This document shows positions 13,300 through 26,597 of a stretch of DNA of 64,000 bases, one piece after another. The stretch's first letter is position 1. The number at the start of each line of letters is the position of its first letter. The position numbers and the translations under genes are program-made. The notes below the pieces were generated by a model. It saw only the letters and a program-made list of their open reading frames with translations. It had not been told where the DNA came from and made no database searches. This DNA is from Eledone cirrhosa (taxonomy: Eukaryota), in NCBI GenBank assembly GCA_964016885.1, contig OZ024743.1:83452001-83516000 (forward strand), given 5' to 3'.

Positions 13300-13901
13300 T
13301 TTAAAAATATTTTTCTAAACTCTATTTTTCCTAAATATAAGGGTTTATCATTGAAAAGTTGGGTTATGAGGTGGGGCAGTGCCCTATAGTGACCCATCCC
13401 CACTTTGCGACGAGTCTAGGAGAGAGGCAAATGTGGGTTGGTGCTTTCAAGGATTTGCCTTCTTTTTATTTTTAGAATTTTTCAGGGAGTGATTAAATGA
13501 TATGCACGAATGATGTTACTTCCATTGCGTTTTGGTTTGGCTTTAGAATTAATATCACTAGATAAAGGCGACGTCTTCTCCCTCTTTCTGTCACACATAC
13601 ACATACTCTCTCTCTCTCTGTTTCTCTCTCTCTCTCCCCCGCTCTCTCTCTCTCTCTCTCGCTCTCTGTCTCTCTCTCTCTCTAAACAATCGATCGACTT
13701 TCCTTTTCTCTGTCTAATTATGTACATATCTCTCGCTTGGGGCTTCCCCTCTCTCTATATAGATGAGGGCGACGTCGTAACCTTCTGCCTACCTCTTTCT
13801 GTCCCCTTGAAACACACATATCTCTCACTTGGCGCTCCCTTTCTCTTTATAAAGGGAGCGTGAGGACGGATGGACAGACAGCGCTCTTATTATAATATAG
13901 A
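13300..13901 (-). mobile_element. Possible non-autonomous Helitron/Helentron-like remnant
   Basis: Minus strand begins atctatattataataagagcgctgtctgtccatccgtc; a GC hairpin lies next to CTAG at about 13391-13419; the ends do not fit one orientation cleanly. Confidence 0.35.
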
Positions 13902-14064
13902 TTCTGACAAGATTCCAGATTGTGTGACCAATCTTTGTATAAGTAGTTGAATATATGAGTGTAATGATTCCTTCAGATGATTTAAGTGTATGTATGTATG
14001 TATGTATGTATGTATGTATGTATGTATGTATGTATGTATGTATGTATGTATGTATGCATGTATG

Positions 14065-14678
14065 TCAAGTCACCAGTTGGTGCTACTGGTAACATGTATC
14101 CCAGTACAACCTGACTCATGGTCGGGTCGTTGGCGACTAAACTGGCAACCCCACCAAGGTTTCTTGGTGAGGAGGGTGACTTTGGACATCCTGCAGGACT
14201 AAAGACAAAACCTGTCAAAGGGCAACGGAGCTCTTAAGAGTCAATGGCCATCCAAAATCACCGGGAGAGATGACCCCTTAGCCTTTGTCAAGGCAGAATT
14301 CTAGGAGAAGGAAAACTCTGATATAACACCTGAAACCCTGATGATATCCAATGATGTTGACTTGTTCTTCTTTTTGGTAAATATCATCTTGGTTAAGAGA
14401 GTGGGACTGGCTTTGTGCAGTGCCTTTGCTCACTATAAAAGCTTCACGGCACAGGCATTGCTTTATATCTGGAGATCTCTCTGCACTTGTCGTCACATGG
14501 TACCATGGGCCCAGCACTATGTGTCAATAATTGTCACAAGTGTAGTGTTTGTACCAGAGTTTTCAAGTCGCTGGCTGGACTAAAAAGTCACACTCGTTCA
14601 GCGCATTGGTAGGGGTTCTCCTATATGGATATAAAGTAGTGGCCGTACTCGAAAACTAGTTGGCAGCCACCATGTATG
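14065..14678 (+). mobile_element. Bipartite non-autonomous RTE derivative (5' UTR-like part plus RTE 3' end)
   Basis: RTE 5' UTR-like motifs gtcg..cgactaaa and ctaggagaaggaaaactctga; 14467-14678 nearly identical to 16920-17126; ends in (tatg)n. Confidence 0.6.
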
Positions 14679-15094
14679 TGTAGTGACCTACATTCCGCGG
14701 GCTCACATACATTCTCTGTGCGTGATTTGGCTCAGCTCAGCCAATCAGCGCCAGTAGAAGAGGATGTATCCCTACGCGTTCTGAGGGAAAAATAGCCCGC
14801 AAAGATTTGAGGACGCTATGACTCGCAGCTTCGACCGTGCTAAGGTAAACAACCATTTTTCTTGCGCCGTGAAATCACTAGCCAATATGTAACACAACAA
14901 TTTAACCACGGCCTGGCAACGCTTCTCTCAGCCTGTAGCCCGTGTCTTTCTGGAATCTTAATTCGTTTGTTTAATTTCTCTTGGCATGCCAGCTCAACGT
15001 CTGTTAATAAATAATGTAAAACCAAGCTAAAAGTCGTTGTCGATATTCCTATTATATCTTTCTACCAAACCTGGTTCCTCGTGGCAACATTACA
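14679..15094 (+). mobile_element. Possible solo LTR
   Basis: Ends TGTAGTG...CATTACA; internal CCAAT and AATAAA; no matching TSD found. Confidence 0.4.
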
Positions 15095-15443
15095 ACTTCT
15101 GAAATATACTTCTCCGCTAAATTGGAATTTACATCTTCAACCAAATTGGTGACTTATATTCAACAAAAAGAAACACATTCCTTTCCTTTATATGTATGTA
15201 TGTTGTTTTTTGTGGGGAGCGAGAGACTTCTAGTTTTCATTAAGACATCCCCAAGGAGAAGGTTATTCTGATATAAAATCTGCGAATTCGTTTGTATCCA
15301 ATGATGTAGACCAGTTCTTCTTTTTGGGTAAATGCATTCGATGTTCAGAGAGTGGGATTAACGCCGTGCAAAGCCTTTCCTCAATAAAAAAAGTTTTAAG
15401 CACAAGCATCGCTTGATATGTGACATTATTTGCGATGCATACA

Positions 15444-15633
15444 GGGCGGTGGATTGGCAGTATCGGTAGAGAGTCGGACGCCATGCTTTCTAGCATAGTT
15501 ACGTATCTTTACGATCTGAGTTCAAATCCCGCCGAGGTTAACTTTGCCTTTCATCCTTACGGGGTCGATAAAATAAAGTACCAGTAATGCACTGGTGTAT
15601 TTGCTGGCCTTGTGCCAAATGTAGAAACAATTA
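15444..15633 (+). mobile_element. SINE family A
   Basis: Full-length match. Confidence 0.85.
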
Positions 15634-15889
15634 TTTGCGATGCATGGTATTGCTGGCCTTAGGCAGGTCCCTAGCAGGACTAAAGAGCTACGTCTGTGAT
15701 GCCCATGCTTAGGTATCAAGTGATGGTATTACTTGAAATCGAGTTGCAGTCATCCTCATCATCATCATCCTCATCATCATCATCATCATGTATACATGTA
15801 TGTATGTATGTTTGAATGTATGTATGTTTGAATGTATGTATGTATGTATGTTTGAATGTATGTATGTTTGAATGTATGTATGTAAGTAT

Positions 15890-16845
15890 ATTCTTCTGGT
15901 TTTATAATTTCACAAAGTTTTACCAATAGAGAGAGAGTCGGTTTCTAACATAGACACAAGACTCTCTCATTGGAATTTACACAACATCAACTAGGTAGAT
16001 ATGTATGTATGCATGCATGTGTAGATATGGATGTTATTGTATGTGTGGATGTGGATGTTTTGAGTTGTATGTGTGCATGTGTATATGCTTTGTATCTGTA
16101 CATGTGTATATGCAGTTATTAGATGCAAATTTTTGGAATGTTTTACATATTTTTACTGTCCCATTAATGGATTGTACTTGTAGTTTCCTAACTAGTTGTG
16201 TTCTTTCTGTTCCTGTGAAGCTTAGCTTCTCAAGATTTGTATTGAGGCAATTACTAACATATCCCAGTGCCCCAATAATCACAGGCATAAATCTGAAGGT
16301 GTAATCAGGGTGGTGTAATCGGGGCTATCTTTTTTACAAACTGCATTGTATAGTGTTTTGGCCACTATATCATGCCTCATAGGTAGATAGTACCGCGATG
16401 ACATCTTTGGACAGCTGCTGATGACATGGGTGATATCCTCGATGTTAGTTCTGCAGAGTCTGCACTTGTTATCACATCTAGGTGTTTTGCCTGCATCCCT
16501 ATCTCTTTTGTGAATCAGGTATTTCGTGCTAATCTCCTGTTCTTGGATTGCAAAAGCGTATCCTTCAAAGTGGCAGCCAATATAGCGGTTGTTGGTCCAA
16601 TATAGACTACTTTCCTTATCTATATTACTCTCACTCTGGAGCTTCCTGGCAACATATCCATGCATGATTTTTTGCTGATAGACATGCAGTTTTTCATCCA
16701 TGGATTCACTGCGATACTGCTGAGCGACATCCCTGGGTGTGAGTTTTTGATTATCACACAGGGAATATCTCTCGAGGAGTTCCTTCCCAACTCTCATGAT
16801 CTTATCTGTTTCATGCAGATAGACTTGCTCGAGAAGCGGGCTCCT
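15890..16845 (-). mobile_element. R4/Dong-clade LINE 3' fragment with an internal deletion
   Basis: MHGYVARKL, HFEGYAFAIQEQEISTKYL, CRLCRTNIEDITHVISSC, PMRHD, then PVIIGALGYV...KICKTF; bounded by (CATA)n. Confidence 0.85.
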
Positions 16846-16919
16846 ATGTATGTATGTATGTATGTATGTATGTATGTATGTATGTATGTATGTATGTATG
16901 TATGTATGTATGTATGTAT

Positions 16920-17126
16920 GTCTGGAGATCTCTCTGCACTTGTCGTCACATGGTACAATGGGCCCAGCACTATGTGTCAATAATTGTCAAAAGTGTAGTG
17001 TTTGTACCAGAGTTTTCAAGTCGCTGGCTGGACTAAAAAGTGACACTCGTTCAGCGCATCGCTAGGGGTTCTCCTACATGGATATAAAGTAGTGGCCGTA
17101 CTCGAAAACGAGTTGGCAGCCACCAT
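16920..17126 (+). mobile_element. RTE 3' end fragment
   Basis: CSVCTRVFKSLAGLKS.TRSAHR zinc finger; tail gcagccaccatg(tatg)n. Confidence 0.65.
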
Positions 17127-17292
17127 GTATGTATGTATGTATGTATGTATGTATGTATGTATGTATGTATGTATGTTTGAATGTACGTATGTATGTATGT
17201 ATGTATGTATGTTTTCTCTTTCTCTTAATTTCGAGTATATTTTTTTGACCGGCCACCTTCCTGGTGGCAAGGTTGTAAAAGAAAAGAAATTG

Positions 17293-18048
17293 TCATCCCT
17301 TGAATCGCAAGAATGTTTTGCAAATTTTGAAGGTGGCAGCTATCGCAGCCATTTGTAGACTATGAATTAGGGAGCTGCGCTTTTTGTCCGCAAATCCAAG
17401 TTCAGTCATACTTTGGTCAAAGCGGGTTGGTATATAACCCGTAGCTCCAATAATGATGGGTATGAAGCTAAAGGTGTATCTTGGATACTGGATTTGTAAA
17501 CTCCTAATCAATAGTCCGTAGATGTCCTCCTTCTGTATTTTTCTGACAACGTTTACATCAAGTGGGCAGCTGATCTCCACAACAGAACACGTTTTCAATG
17601 TGTGGCCCCAAACAACAATATCAGGCCGGTTGTGCTTTAATTTGGTGGCAGTTTTTATTTTCAGGTTCCACCAGTATTCCTTAGTGCCATCTGTCTCAAT
17701 ATATTCTCCCTCGTTTGTTGTTAATTTTGTTTTCCGAAGTGCGTTCCAGATGGTTCTAGCTATCCCATCGTGTCTCATGGGGAGGTAGTAGTGAGATGAC
17801 ATTCTTTCGCAGCTGGCAACAATGTAGCTTACATCCTCGATCTTTGTTTTACATAGCCTACATTTATTGTCAGCTGCTGGCCCTCCTCTTTTGTGCAGCA
17901 GATATTTGGTAGGGAGTTCTTGTTCCTGTATTGCATAGAGATATCCCTCAAGGTGTGATGTCATAAACTTGTCGGAACTCCATGCCAGGCCTTTTGAGTG
18001 GTTTATCCCCTCTATGGTCTGTGTTTTACGCCTCAAGTATCCATGCAC
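17293..18048 (-). pseudogene. CCHC knuckle plus restriction-like endonuclease of the R4/Dong LINE
   Basis: CRLCKTKIEDVSYIVASC, RHD, HNRPDIVVW...VEISCP, PIIIGATG. Confidence 0.9.
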
Positions 18049-18248
18049 AACTTTTTCTGTAAATTGGTCAATTTTTTATCTTGTTTGAACATTGAATAGG
18101 ATCTTCCGATTTCTCTGGGTGAGAGATTTATATCAGGCTTTATTCCATATCTCTCCTCCAGATCAGTCGCTATTCTAATGATATTTTTTTTTTCATGCTC
18201 ATAAACCTGGGCAAGATGGTTGCCAACCTTTTTCCTCTGTTGAAGGTG

Positions 18249-19313
18249 TTACTTCACTGTTACTATCCGGGTCTCATATGTTGTTAATATTGATTTTAGA
18301 CCCCGGCCACCTTCCTTGCATGAGAAGTATAGCCTATCCACATCACCATTGATGTTAAAATTCCCAGTAACACTGAGAAGTTTTCGAGTTCTAACATCCA
18401 TCTCACTTAGTTCTTGCAATGACCAGTTCAGCAGGCCAAATGTTGGCGTTAGGATTGGCACAGCATAAGTATTGTGGGCAATGTATTTGTTGTACGCTGA
18501 CAGTTCTGATGACCATATTTTCTTTACTCTTCTGAGGTATTCAGTTCTGGTTCTCTCCTTATTTATGGGTCCATCATATCTGACATTCTCATCCTGTCCA
18601 AGATATCTGTAGTTGTCACCTGACTGCAGAGGTTGTATTGTCAGGCCGTTCATCTCTAGATTTCTAGAGGAGGGCACAGCTCTTCCACGTTTTACTGCCA
18701 AATATGCACACTTGGACTCACCAAATTTCATTTTGATGTCGGTTGAAAATTGTGTAATGAGGTCCAATTGTTTCTTGATGTCATTGATATTTGGCACATA
18801 CAACTTCAGGTCATCAACAAAGAAAAGATGGGAGATACTTCTGGGCCCACTTCTTTGTCCACCTTGTTTCCTGAGTAGGTAAGATAGTGGATTCAGTGAG
18901 AGAACGAAGAGTAGCACTGACAAGCTATCACCCTGAAAGATGCCCTTCTGGTAATGTATCTTATCAGTCTTAACCTGCTCCTTCTCACCTCTAAGGATCA
19001 AATTGGTGTACCAGTTCTTGGTCAGGCGTTCAACAGCAGCTACTAATGGTTGTGGGACTTTAGCTAACTGTAAAACCTTAATAATCCACCCATGAGGTAC
19101 ACTATCAAATGCTTTTTGATAGTCCAGCCACACCACAGTCATGTTTCTGCGATTCTTTGTTGTTTTTTCCTGAATCATTTTGTTAGTTAGTAGGTGATCT
19201 ATGCAACCCCACACCTCCCTCTTTCCACCAGCTTGCTCAGGTGTTATGATGTTGTTGGTAGCACAGTGATCCTGTAAGAACAGGTTAAGGCACCCAGTAT
19301 ATAATTTATACAT
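18249..19313 (-). pseudogene. Reverse transcriptase domain of the R4/Dong LINE
   Basis: WLDYQKAFDSVPH, KGIFQGDSLS, LFFVDDLKLY, YRYLG, EGGRGL; ends at a premature stop. Confidence 0.9.
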
Positions 19314-19494
19314 GATGTTTTGGCAGGCAATTGGGCGGTAATTTTTAGCAAGGGTGATTTGGCTATTTTTGGGAATGAGGAGAGTAGTGGCAGTTGATAA
19401 TCATCTGGGCAGTTCTTGTGTGCCCTTAATGGTTTCTGTAAACAGCCGTATGAGATCTTGCCGATAGAAAGTGAATGTATGTATGTATGTATGT

Positions 19495-20275
19495 ATTGGA
19501 GCGTTTCCATCAGATGTGTCTCAGACGGATCCATGGCGTTCACTGGAGGGACCACATCAGTGATGTCGAGATTTTGGAAAGCTCTATGTGTGAGAGTATA
19601 GAAGCTCTCGTGCTTAAGCAACGACTCCGTTGGAGTGGTCACCTTGCCAGGATGAAGGATTCTAGAATACCAAAACAACTCTTTTATGGAGAGTTGGTTA
19701 AAGGAAAACGACCGCCACATAACCCCAAAAAGAGGTATAAGGATTCCTTGAAAGCCTCTCTGAAAGACGCTAACATCTCTGCTGATACATGGGAAAATAT
19801 TGCTGCTGATCGTAATAAATGGAGAAAGACTGTATATGAGGGAAAAGTCGCCTTTGAGGCATCTCGATTCGCATACGAGAAAGTAAAGCGGGATGTGAGG
19901 AAGGGCATTGCTGTTGCACTTCCAGACGGCGAGGGTCCTCCTATGGTGCTGACATACAGCGTCTGTGCGAGACTCTGCCTAAGCAAAGCTGGACTCGAAA
20001 GTCATCTTCGCAGTCATAAAGTAAGACCAGTGGTTGACTACCAGGCTGCTGTTGGAGATGCTACACATCATGTTTGCCAAGCATGTGGTAGAGAATGTAA
20101 ATCAGCAGGAGGGCTCAAGCGACATGCATATGTACACGAACTCCAACCACAGCCGGCTATTCCCAGTGAATGTTTTGGTTGCCGACTCTGTGCAAGACAT
20201 TTTAGATCATTGGCTGGGGTAAAAAGCCACATTCGATCGCAGCGCTGTGAGTCGCTATCGTGTGTGTGTGTATAG
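19495..20275 (+). mobile_element. RTE LINE 3' fragment whose ORF ends in three C2H2-like zinc fingers
   Basis: LERFHQMCLRRI, RLRWSGHLARMKDSRIPKQLFYGEL, WENIAADRNKWR, then three Cx2C...Hx3H-like units. Confidence 0.85.
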
Positions 20276-20419
20276 ATATGCTTATGTGTGTGCGTGTATG
20301 TGTATATATATATGTATATGTATATTATTATTGTTGTTGTCGTTATTATTATTGTTGTTGTTATTATTATTGTTATTAATGTATGTGTGTGTGTGTGTAT
20401 GTGTATGTATGTGTGTATG

Positions 20420-20451
<32 letters not shown>

Positions 20452-20525
20452 TTTTTTATTTTTTATTTATTTATTTTTTTTCTCCTCGTGCAATGGCCAT
20501 ACTCGATAACGAGGGGGCAGCTATC

Positions 20526-20930
20526 ATGTATGTATGTATGTATGTATGTATGTATGTATGTATGTATGTATGTATGTATGTATGTATGTATGTATGTATG
20601 AATGTATGTATGTATGTATGTATGTATGTATGTATGTATGTATGTATGAATGTATGTATGTATGAATGTATGTATGTATGTATGTATGTATGAATGTATG
20701 TATGAATGTATGTATGTATGTATGTATGTATGTATGTATGTATGTATGTATGTATGTATGTATTATGTATGAATGAATGCATGTATGTATGTATGTATGT
20801 ATGTATGTATGTATGTATGTATCAATGTATGTATGTATGAATGTATGTATGTATGCATGTATGTGTGTGTGTATGTATGTATGTATGTGTGTGTGTATGT
20901 ATGTATGTATGTGTGTGTGTATGTATGTAT
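20526..20930. repeat. (TATG)n microsatellite (RTE tail-derived)
   Basis: Direct reading; follows the RTE tail motif gcagctatcatg. Confidence 0.95.
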
Positions 20931-21251
20931 AGGCCCGTAGCTGCTGGTGTATTCATAGGAGCACCGTCGTGACATACGGTGGTTCTTGAACATTTCAAAC
21001 TTGGTGGAGCCTGTCACTCTCCGACTCTCAACACATGTGATTTCTACCAGAGAAGGAGAGAGAATTATAGAGAAATATTCGACCTTAGTACTAGACTGGT
21101 ACATTTTTTTTATCGACATTGAAAGGATGGAATCAAAGTTGACCTCGCCTTGGCGAGATTTGAACTCAGAGCACAGTTAAACGCCACAAAGCATACTATC
21201 CAACGTTCTAATGACTCTAGTTTGCTGCTTTATGTTCGCTTGTATATTCGT

Positions 21252-21472
21252 TTATACAGCAATATGAGGTGTTCTATGTGTATGTTTGACTGTACATGTC
21301 AATGAGTGCAGTGATTCTATCAAGTGTTCCAGGTGTATTTGACTTGAAGTCAGTGAGTGTAGTGATTTCTTCAGATATTCCAGGTCTTTTGCAGCGAGGG
21401 TGGTGGTCTCTTCGGGTGTCTCAGGTGTATGTTTGGTTGTAGATGTAGGTGTGTACAATGGTTCCTTCAGGC
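21252..21472 (-). CDS. Candidate terminal coding exon of an unknown host gene
   Basis: Non-repetitive frame GLKEPLYTPT...AAKDLEYLKKSLHSL...PHIAV* after an acceptor-like ctgacAG; no family recognised. Confidence 0.3.
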
Positions 21473-21494
21473 CTGTCAGGATCTGGATGTATCA

Positions 21495-21690
21495 GTCTCA
21501 AGGTCTACCAGGCTCTAGGTCTATGAGGCTCTTGCTGTATCAGGCTCTTTGTCTATCATGCTTTAGATATATCAGGCTCTAGGTCTATTAGGTTGTTGGT
21601 CTATCAGGCTCTAGGTCTATTAGGTTCTTGGTCTATCAGGTTCTTGGTCTATCAGGCTCTGGGTCTAACAAGCTCTAGGTGTATTACGCC
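21495..21690. repeat. Degenerate ~16-bp tandem repeat (aggctctaggtctatc)
   Basis: About 12 imperfect units. Confidence 0.8.
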
Positions 21691-21697
21691 CTGGGCT

Positions 21698-24600
21698 TGT
21701 TTAATGGAATGAAGGTTTATATCCTCAAGACTAATGGAAGAAGTCAAATTCCTTAGGCTTAATGCAAGGAAGGGGTCAAAATCCCTATATCTAATGGAAA
21801 GAGTCAATATCCCTATATCTAATGGAAAGAGTCAATAACCCTATGTCTAATGGAAGGAGTCAAAATCCCTATGTTTAATGGAAGGTGTCAAAATCCCTAT
21901 GTTTAATGGAAGGGGTCAAAATCCCCTATTTTTAATAAAAAGAAGGGGTCAAAACCCTTGTTTAATGCAAAGAAGGATAAAACACCCTATGTTTAATGGA
22001 AAGAAGGGGTAAAACACCTTATGTTTAATGGAAAGAAGAGGTAAAACACCTTATGTTTAATGGAAGGAAGGGGTAAAAAAAACCTGTGTTTAATGGAAGG
22101 AAGGGGTAAATCACCCTATGTTTAATGGAAAGAAGAGGTAAAACACCTTATGTTTAATGGAAGGAAGGGGTAAAAAAAGCCTGTGTTTAATGGAAGGAAG
22201 GGGTAAAACACCCTATGTTTAATCGAAAGAAGAGGTAAAACACCCTATGTTTAATGGAAAGAAGGGGTAAAACACCATATGATTAATGGAAAGAAGGGGT
22301 AAAACACCTTATGATTAATGGAAGGAAGGGGTAAAACACCCTATGTTTAATGGAAAGAAGAGGTAAAACACCCTATGTTTAATGGAAAGAAGAGGTAAAA
22401 CACCTTATGTTTAATGGAAAAAAGAGGTAAAACACCTTATGTTTAATGGAAAGAAGAGGTAAAACACCCTATGTTTAATGGAAGAAAGGGGTAAAACACC
22501 CTATGTTTAATGGAAAGAAGAGGTAAAACACCTTATGTTTAATGGAAAGAAGAGGTAAAACACCCTATGTTTAATGGAAAGAAGAGGTAAAATACCTTAT
22601 GTTTAATGGAAAGAAGAGGTAAAACACCTTATGTTTAATGGAAAGAAGAGGTAAAACACCCTATGTTTAATGGAAGGAAGGGGTAAAACACCCTATGTTT
22701 AATGGAAAGAAGAGGTAAAACACCTTATGTTTAATGGAAAGAAGAGGTAAAACACCCTATGTTTAATGGAAAGAAGAGGTAAAATACCTTATGTTTAATG
22801 GAAAGAAGAGGTAAAACACCTTATGTTTAATGGAAAGAAGAGGTAAAACACCCTATGTTTAATGGAAGGAAGGGGTAAAACACCCTATGTTTAATGGAAA
22901 GAAGAGGTAAAATACCTTATGTTTAATGGAAAGAAGAGGTAAAACACCCTATGTTTAATGGAAAGAAGGGGTAAAACACCTTATGATTAATGGAAGGAAG
23001 GGGTAAAACACCCTATGTTTAATGGAAAGAAGAGGTAAAACACCCTATGTTTAATGGAAAGAAGAGGTAAAATACCTTATGTTTAATGGAAAGAAGAGGT
23101 AAAACACCTTATGTTTAATGGAAAGAAGAGGTAAAACACCCTATGTTTAATGGAAAGAAGAGGTAAAATACCTTATGTTTAATGGAAAGAAGGGGTAAAA
23201 CACCCTATGTTTAATGGAAAGAAGAGGTAAAACACCCTATGTTTAATGGAAAGAAGAGGTAAAACACCTTATGTTTAATGGAAAGAAGAGGTAAAACACC
23301 CTATGTTTAATGGAAAGAAGAGGTAAAAAACCCTATGTTTAATGGAAAGAAGAGGTAAAACACCTTATGTTTAATGGAAAGAAGAGGTAAAACACCCTAT
23401 GTTTAATGGAAAGAAGAGGTAAAAAACCCTATGTTTAATGGAAAGAAGAGGTAAAATACCTTATGTTTAATGGAAAGAAGAGGTAAAACACCTTATGTTT
23501 AATGGAAAGAAGAGGTAAAACACCTTATGTTTAATGGAAAGAAGAGGTAAAACACCTTATGTTTAATGGAAAGAAGAGGTAAAACACCCTATGTTTAATG
23601 GAAAGAAGAGGTAAAACACCTTATGTTTAATGGAAAGAAGAGGTAAAACACCTTATGTTTAATGGAAAGAAGAGGTAAAACACCCTATGTTTAATGGAAA
23701 GAAGAGGTAAAATACCTTATGTTTAATGGAAAGAAGAGGTAAAACACCTTATGTTTAATGGAAAGAAGAGGTAAAACACCCTATGTTTAATGGAAAGAAG
23801 AGGTAAAAAACCCTATGTTTAATGGAAAGAAGAGATAAAACACCTTATGTTTAATGGAAAGAAGAGGTAAAACACCCTATGTTTAATGGAAAGAAGAGGT
23901 AAAATACCTTATGTTTAATGGAAAGAAGAGCTAAAACACCCTATGTTTAATGGAAAGAAGAGGTAAAACACCCTATGTTTAATGGAAATAAGGGGTAAAA
24001 CACCATATGTTTAACGGAAAGAAGGGGTAAAACACCCTATGTTTAATGGAAGGAATGGGTAAAACACCCTATGTTTAATGGAAGGAAGGGGTAAAACACC
24101 CTATGTTTAATGGAAAGAAGAGGTAAAATACCTTATGTTTAATGGAAAGAAGAGGTAAAACACCCTATGTTTAATGGAAAGAAGGGGTAAAACACCTTAT
24201 GATTAATGGAAGGAAGGGGTAAAACACCCTATGTTTAATGGAAAGAAGAGGTAAAACACCCTATGTTTAATGGAAAGAAGAGGTAAAACACCCTATGTTT
24301 AATGGAAATAAGGGGTAAAACACCATATGATTAATGGAAAGAAGGGGTAAAATACCTTATGTTTAATGGAAAGAAGAGGTAAAACACCTTATGTTTAATG
24401 GAAGGAAGGGGTAAAACACCCTATGTTTAATGGAAATAAGGGGTAAAACACCATATGATTAATGGAAAGAAGGGGTAAAACACCTTATGTTTAATGGAAG
24501 GAAGGGGTAAAGAAGACTGTGTTTAATGGAAGGAAGGGGTAAAAAAGCCTGTGTTTAATGGAAGAAAGGGGTAAAACACCTTATGTTTAATGGAAGGAAG

Positions 24601-26597
24601 GGGTAAAACACCTTATGTTTAATGGAAGGAAGGGGTAAAACACCCTATGTTTAATGGAAGGAAGGGGTAAAACACCCTATGTTTAATTGAAAGAAGAGGT
24701 AAAACACCTTATGTTTAATGGAAAGAAGAGGTAAAACACCCTATGTTTAATGGAAAGAAGAGGTAAAACACCCTATGTTTAATGGAAATAAGGGGTAAAA
24801 TACCATATGTTTAACGGAAAGAAGGGGTAAAACACCCTTTTTTTAATGGAAGGAAGGGGTAAAACACCCTATGTTTAATGGAAGGAAGGGGTAAAACACC
24901 CTATGTTTAATGGAAAGAAGAGGTAAAACACCTTATGTTTAATGGAAAGAAGAGGTAAAACACCCTATGTTTAATGGAAGGAAGGGGTAAAACACCCTAT
25001 GTTTAATGGAAAGAAGAGGTAAAATACCTTATGTTTAATGGAAAGTAGAGGTAAAACACCCTATGTTTAATGGAAATAAGGGGTAAAATACCATATGTTT
25101 AACGGAAAGAAGGGGTAAAACACCCTTTTTTAATGGAAGGAAGGGGTAAAACACCCTATGTTTAATGGAAGGAAGGGGTAAAACACCCTATGTTTAATGG
25201 AAAGAAGAGGTAAAACACCTTATGTTTAATGGAAAGAAGAGGTAAAACACCCTATGTTTAATGGAAGGAAGGGGTAAAACACCCTATGTTTAATGGAAAG
25301 AAGAGGTAAAATACCTTATGTTTAATGGAAAGTAGAGGTAAAACACCCTATGTTTAATGGAAAGAAGGGGTAAAAAACCATATGATTAATGGAAAGAAGG
25401 GGTAAAACACCTTATGTTTAATGGAAGGAAGGGGTAAAAAAGCCTGTGTTTAATGGAAGGAAGGGGTAAAACACCCTATGTTTAATGGAAAGAAGAGGTA
25501 AAATACCCTATGTTTAATGGAAAGAAGGGGTAAAACACCATATGATTAATGGAAAGAAGGGGTAAAACACCTTATGATTAATGGAAGGAAGGGGTAAAAC
25601 ACCCTATGTTTAATGGAAAGAAGAGGTAAAACACCCTATGTTTAATGGAAAGAAGAGGTAAAACACATTATGTTTAATGGAAGGAAGGGGTAAAAAAACC
25701 CTATGTTTAATGGAAAGAAGAGGTAAAACACCTTATGTTTAATGGAAAGAAGAGGTAAAACACCTATGTTTAATGGAAAGAAGAGGTAAAACACCCTATG
25801 TTTAATGGAAAGAAGAGGTAAAACACCCTATGTTTAATGGAAATAAGGGGTAAAACACCATATGTTTAACGGAAAGAAGGGGTAAAACACCCTATGTTTA
25901 ATGGAAAGAAGAGGTAAAACACCTTATGTTTAATGGAAAGAAGAGGTAAAACACCCTATGTTTAATGGAAGGAAGGGGTAAAACACCCTATGTTTAATGG
26001 AAAGAAGAGGTAAAACACCCTATGTTTAATGGAAGGAAGGGGTAAAACACCCTATGTTTAATGGAAAGAAGAGGTAAAACACCCTATGTTTAATGGAAAT
26101 AAGGGGTAAAACACCATATGTTTAACGGAAAGAAGAGGTAAAACACCCTATGTTTAACGGAAAGAAGGGGTAAAACACCTTATGTTTAATGGAAAGAAGA
26201 GGTAAAATACCTTATGTTTAATGGAAAGAAGAGGTAAAACACCCTATGTTTAATGGAAGGAAGGGGTAAAACACCCTATGTTTCATGGAAATAAAGGGTA
26301 AAACACCATATGTTTAATGGAAAGAAACGGTAAAACACCCTATGTTTAATGGAAGGAAGGGGTAAAACACCCTATGTTTAATGGAAGGAAGGGGTAAAAC
26401 ACCTTATGTTTAATGGAAGGAAGGGGTAAAACACCCTATGTTTAATGGAAGGAAGGGGTAAAACACCCCATGTTTAATGGAAAGAAGGGGTAAAACACCC
26501 TATGTTTAATGGAAGGAAGGGGTAAAACACCCTATGTTTAATGGAAAGAAGGGGTAAAACAATCTATGTTATGGAAAGAAGGGATCAAAATCCCTAT
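21698..26597. repeat. 32-bp satellite array (gtttaatggaaagaagaggtaaaacaccctat), about 150 units
   Basis: Exact 32-nt period in the core; shorter and degenerate units at both edges. Confidence 0.97.

Larger units (their letters stand above)
17211..19475 (-). mobile_element. 5'-truncated R4/Dong-clade LINE inserted in (CATA)n
   Basis: RT, zinc knuckle and restriction-like endonuclease in colinear order; both ends abut (tatg)n. Confidence 0.9.

Noticed and set aside
21698-26597. CRISPR-like 32-bp periodic array
   Set aside because: Units are head-to-tail with no unique spacers, there are no cas genes, and the context is eukaryotic
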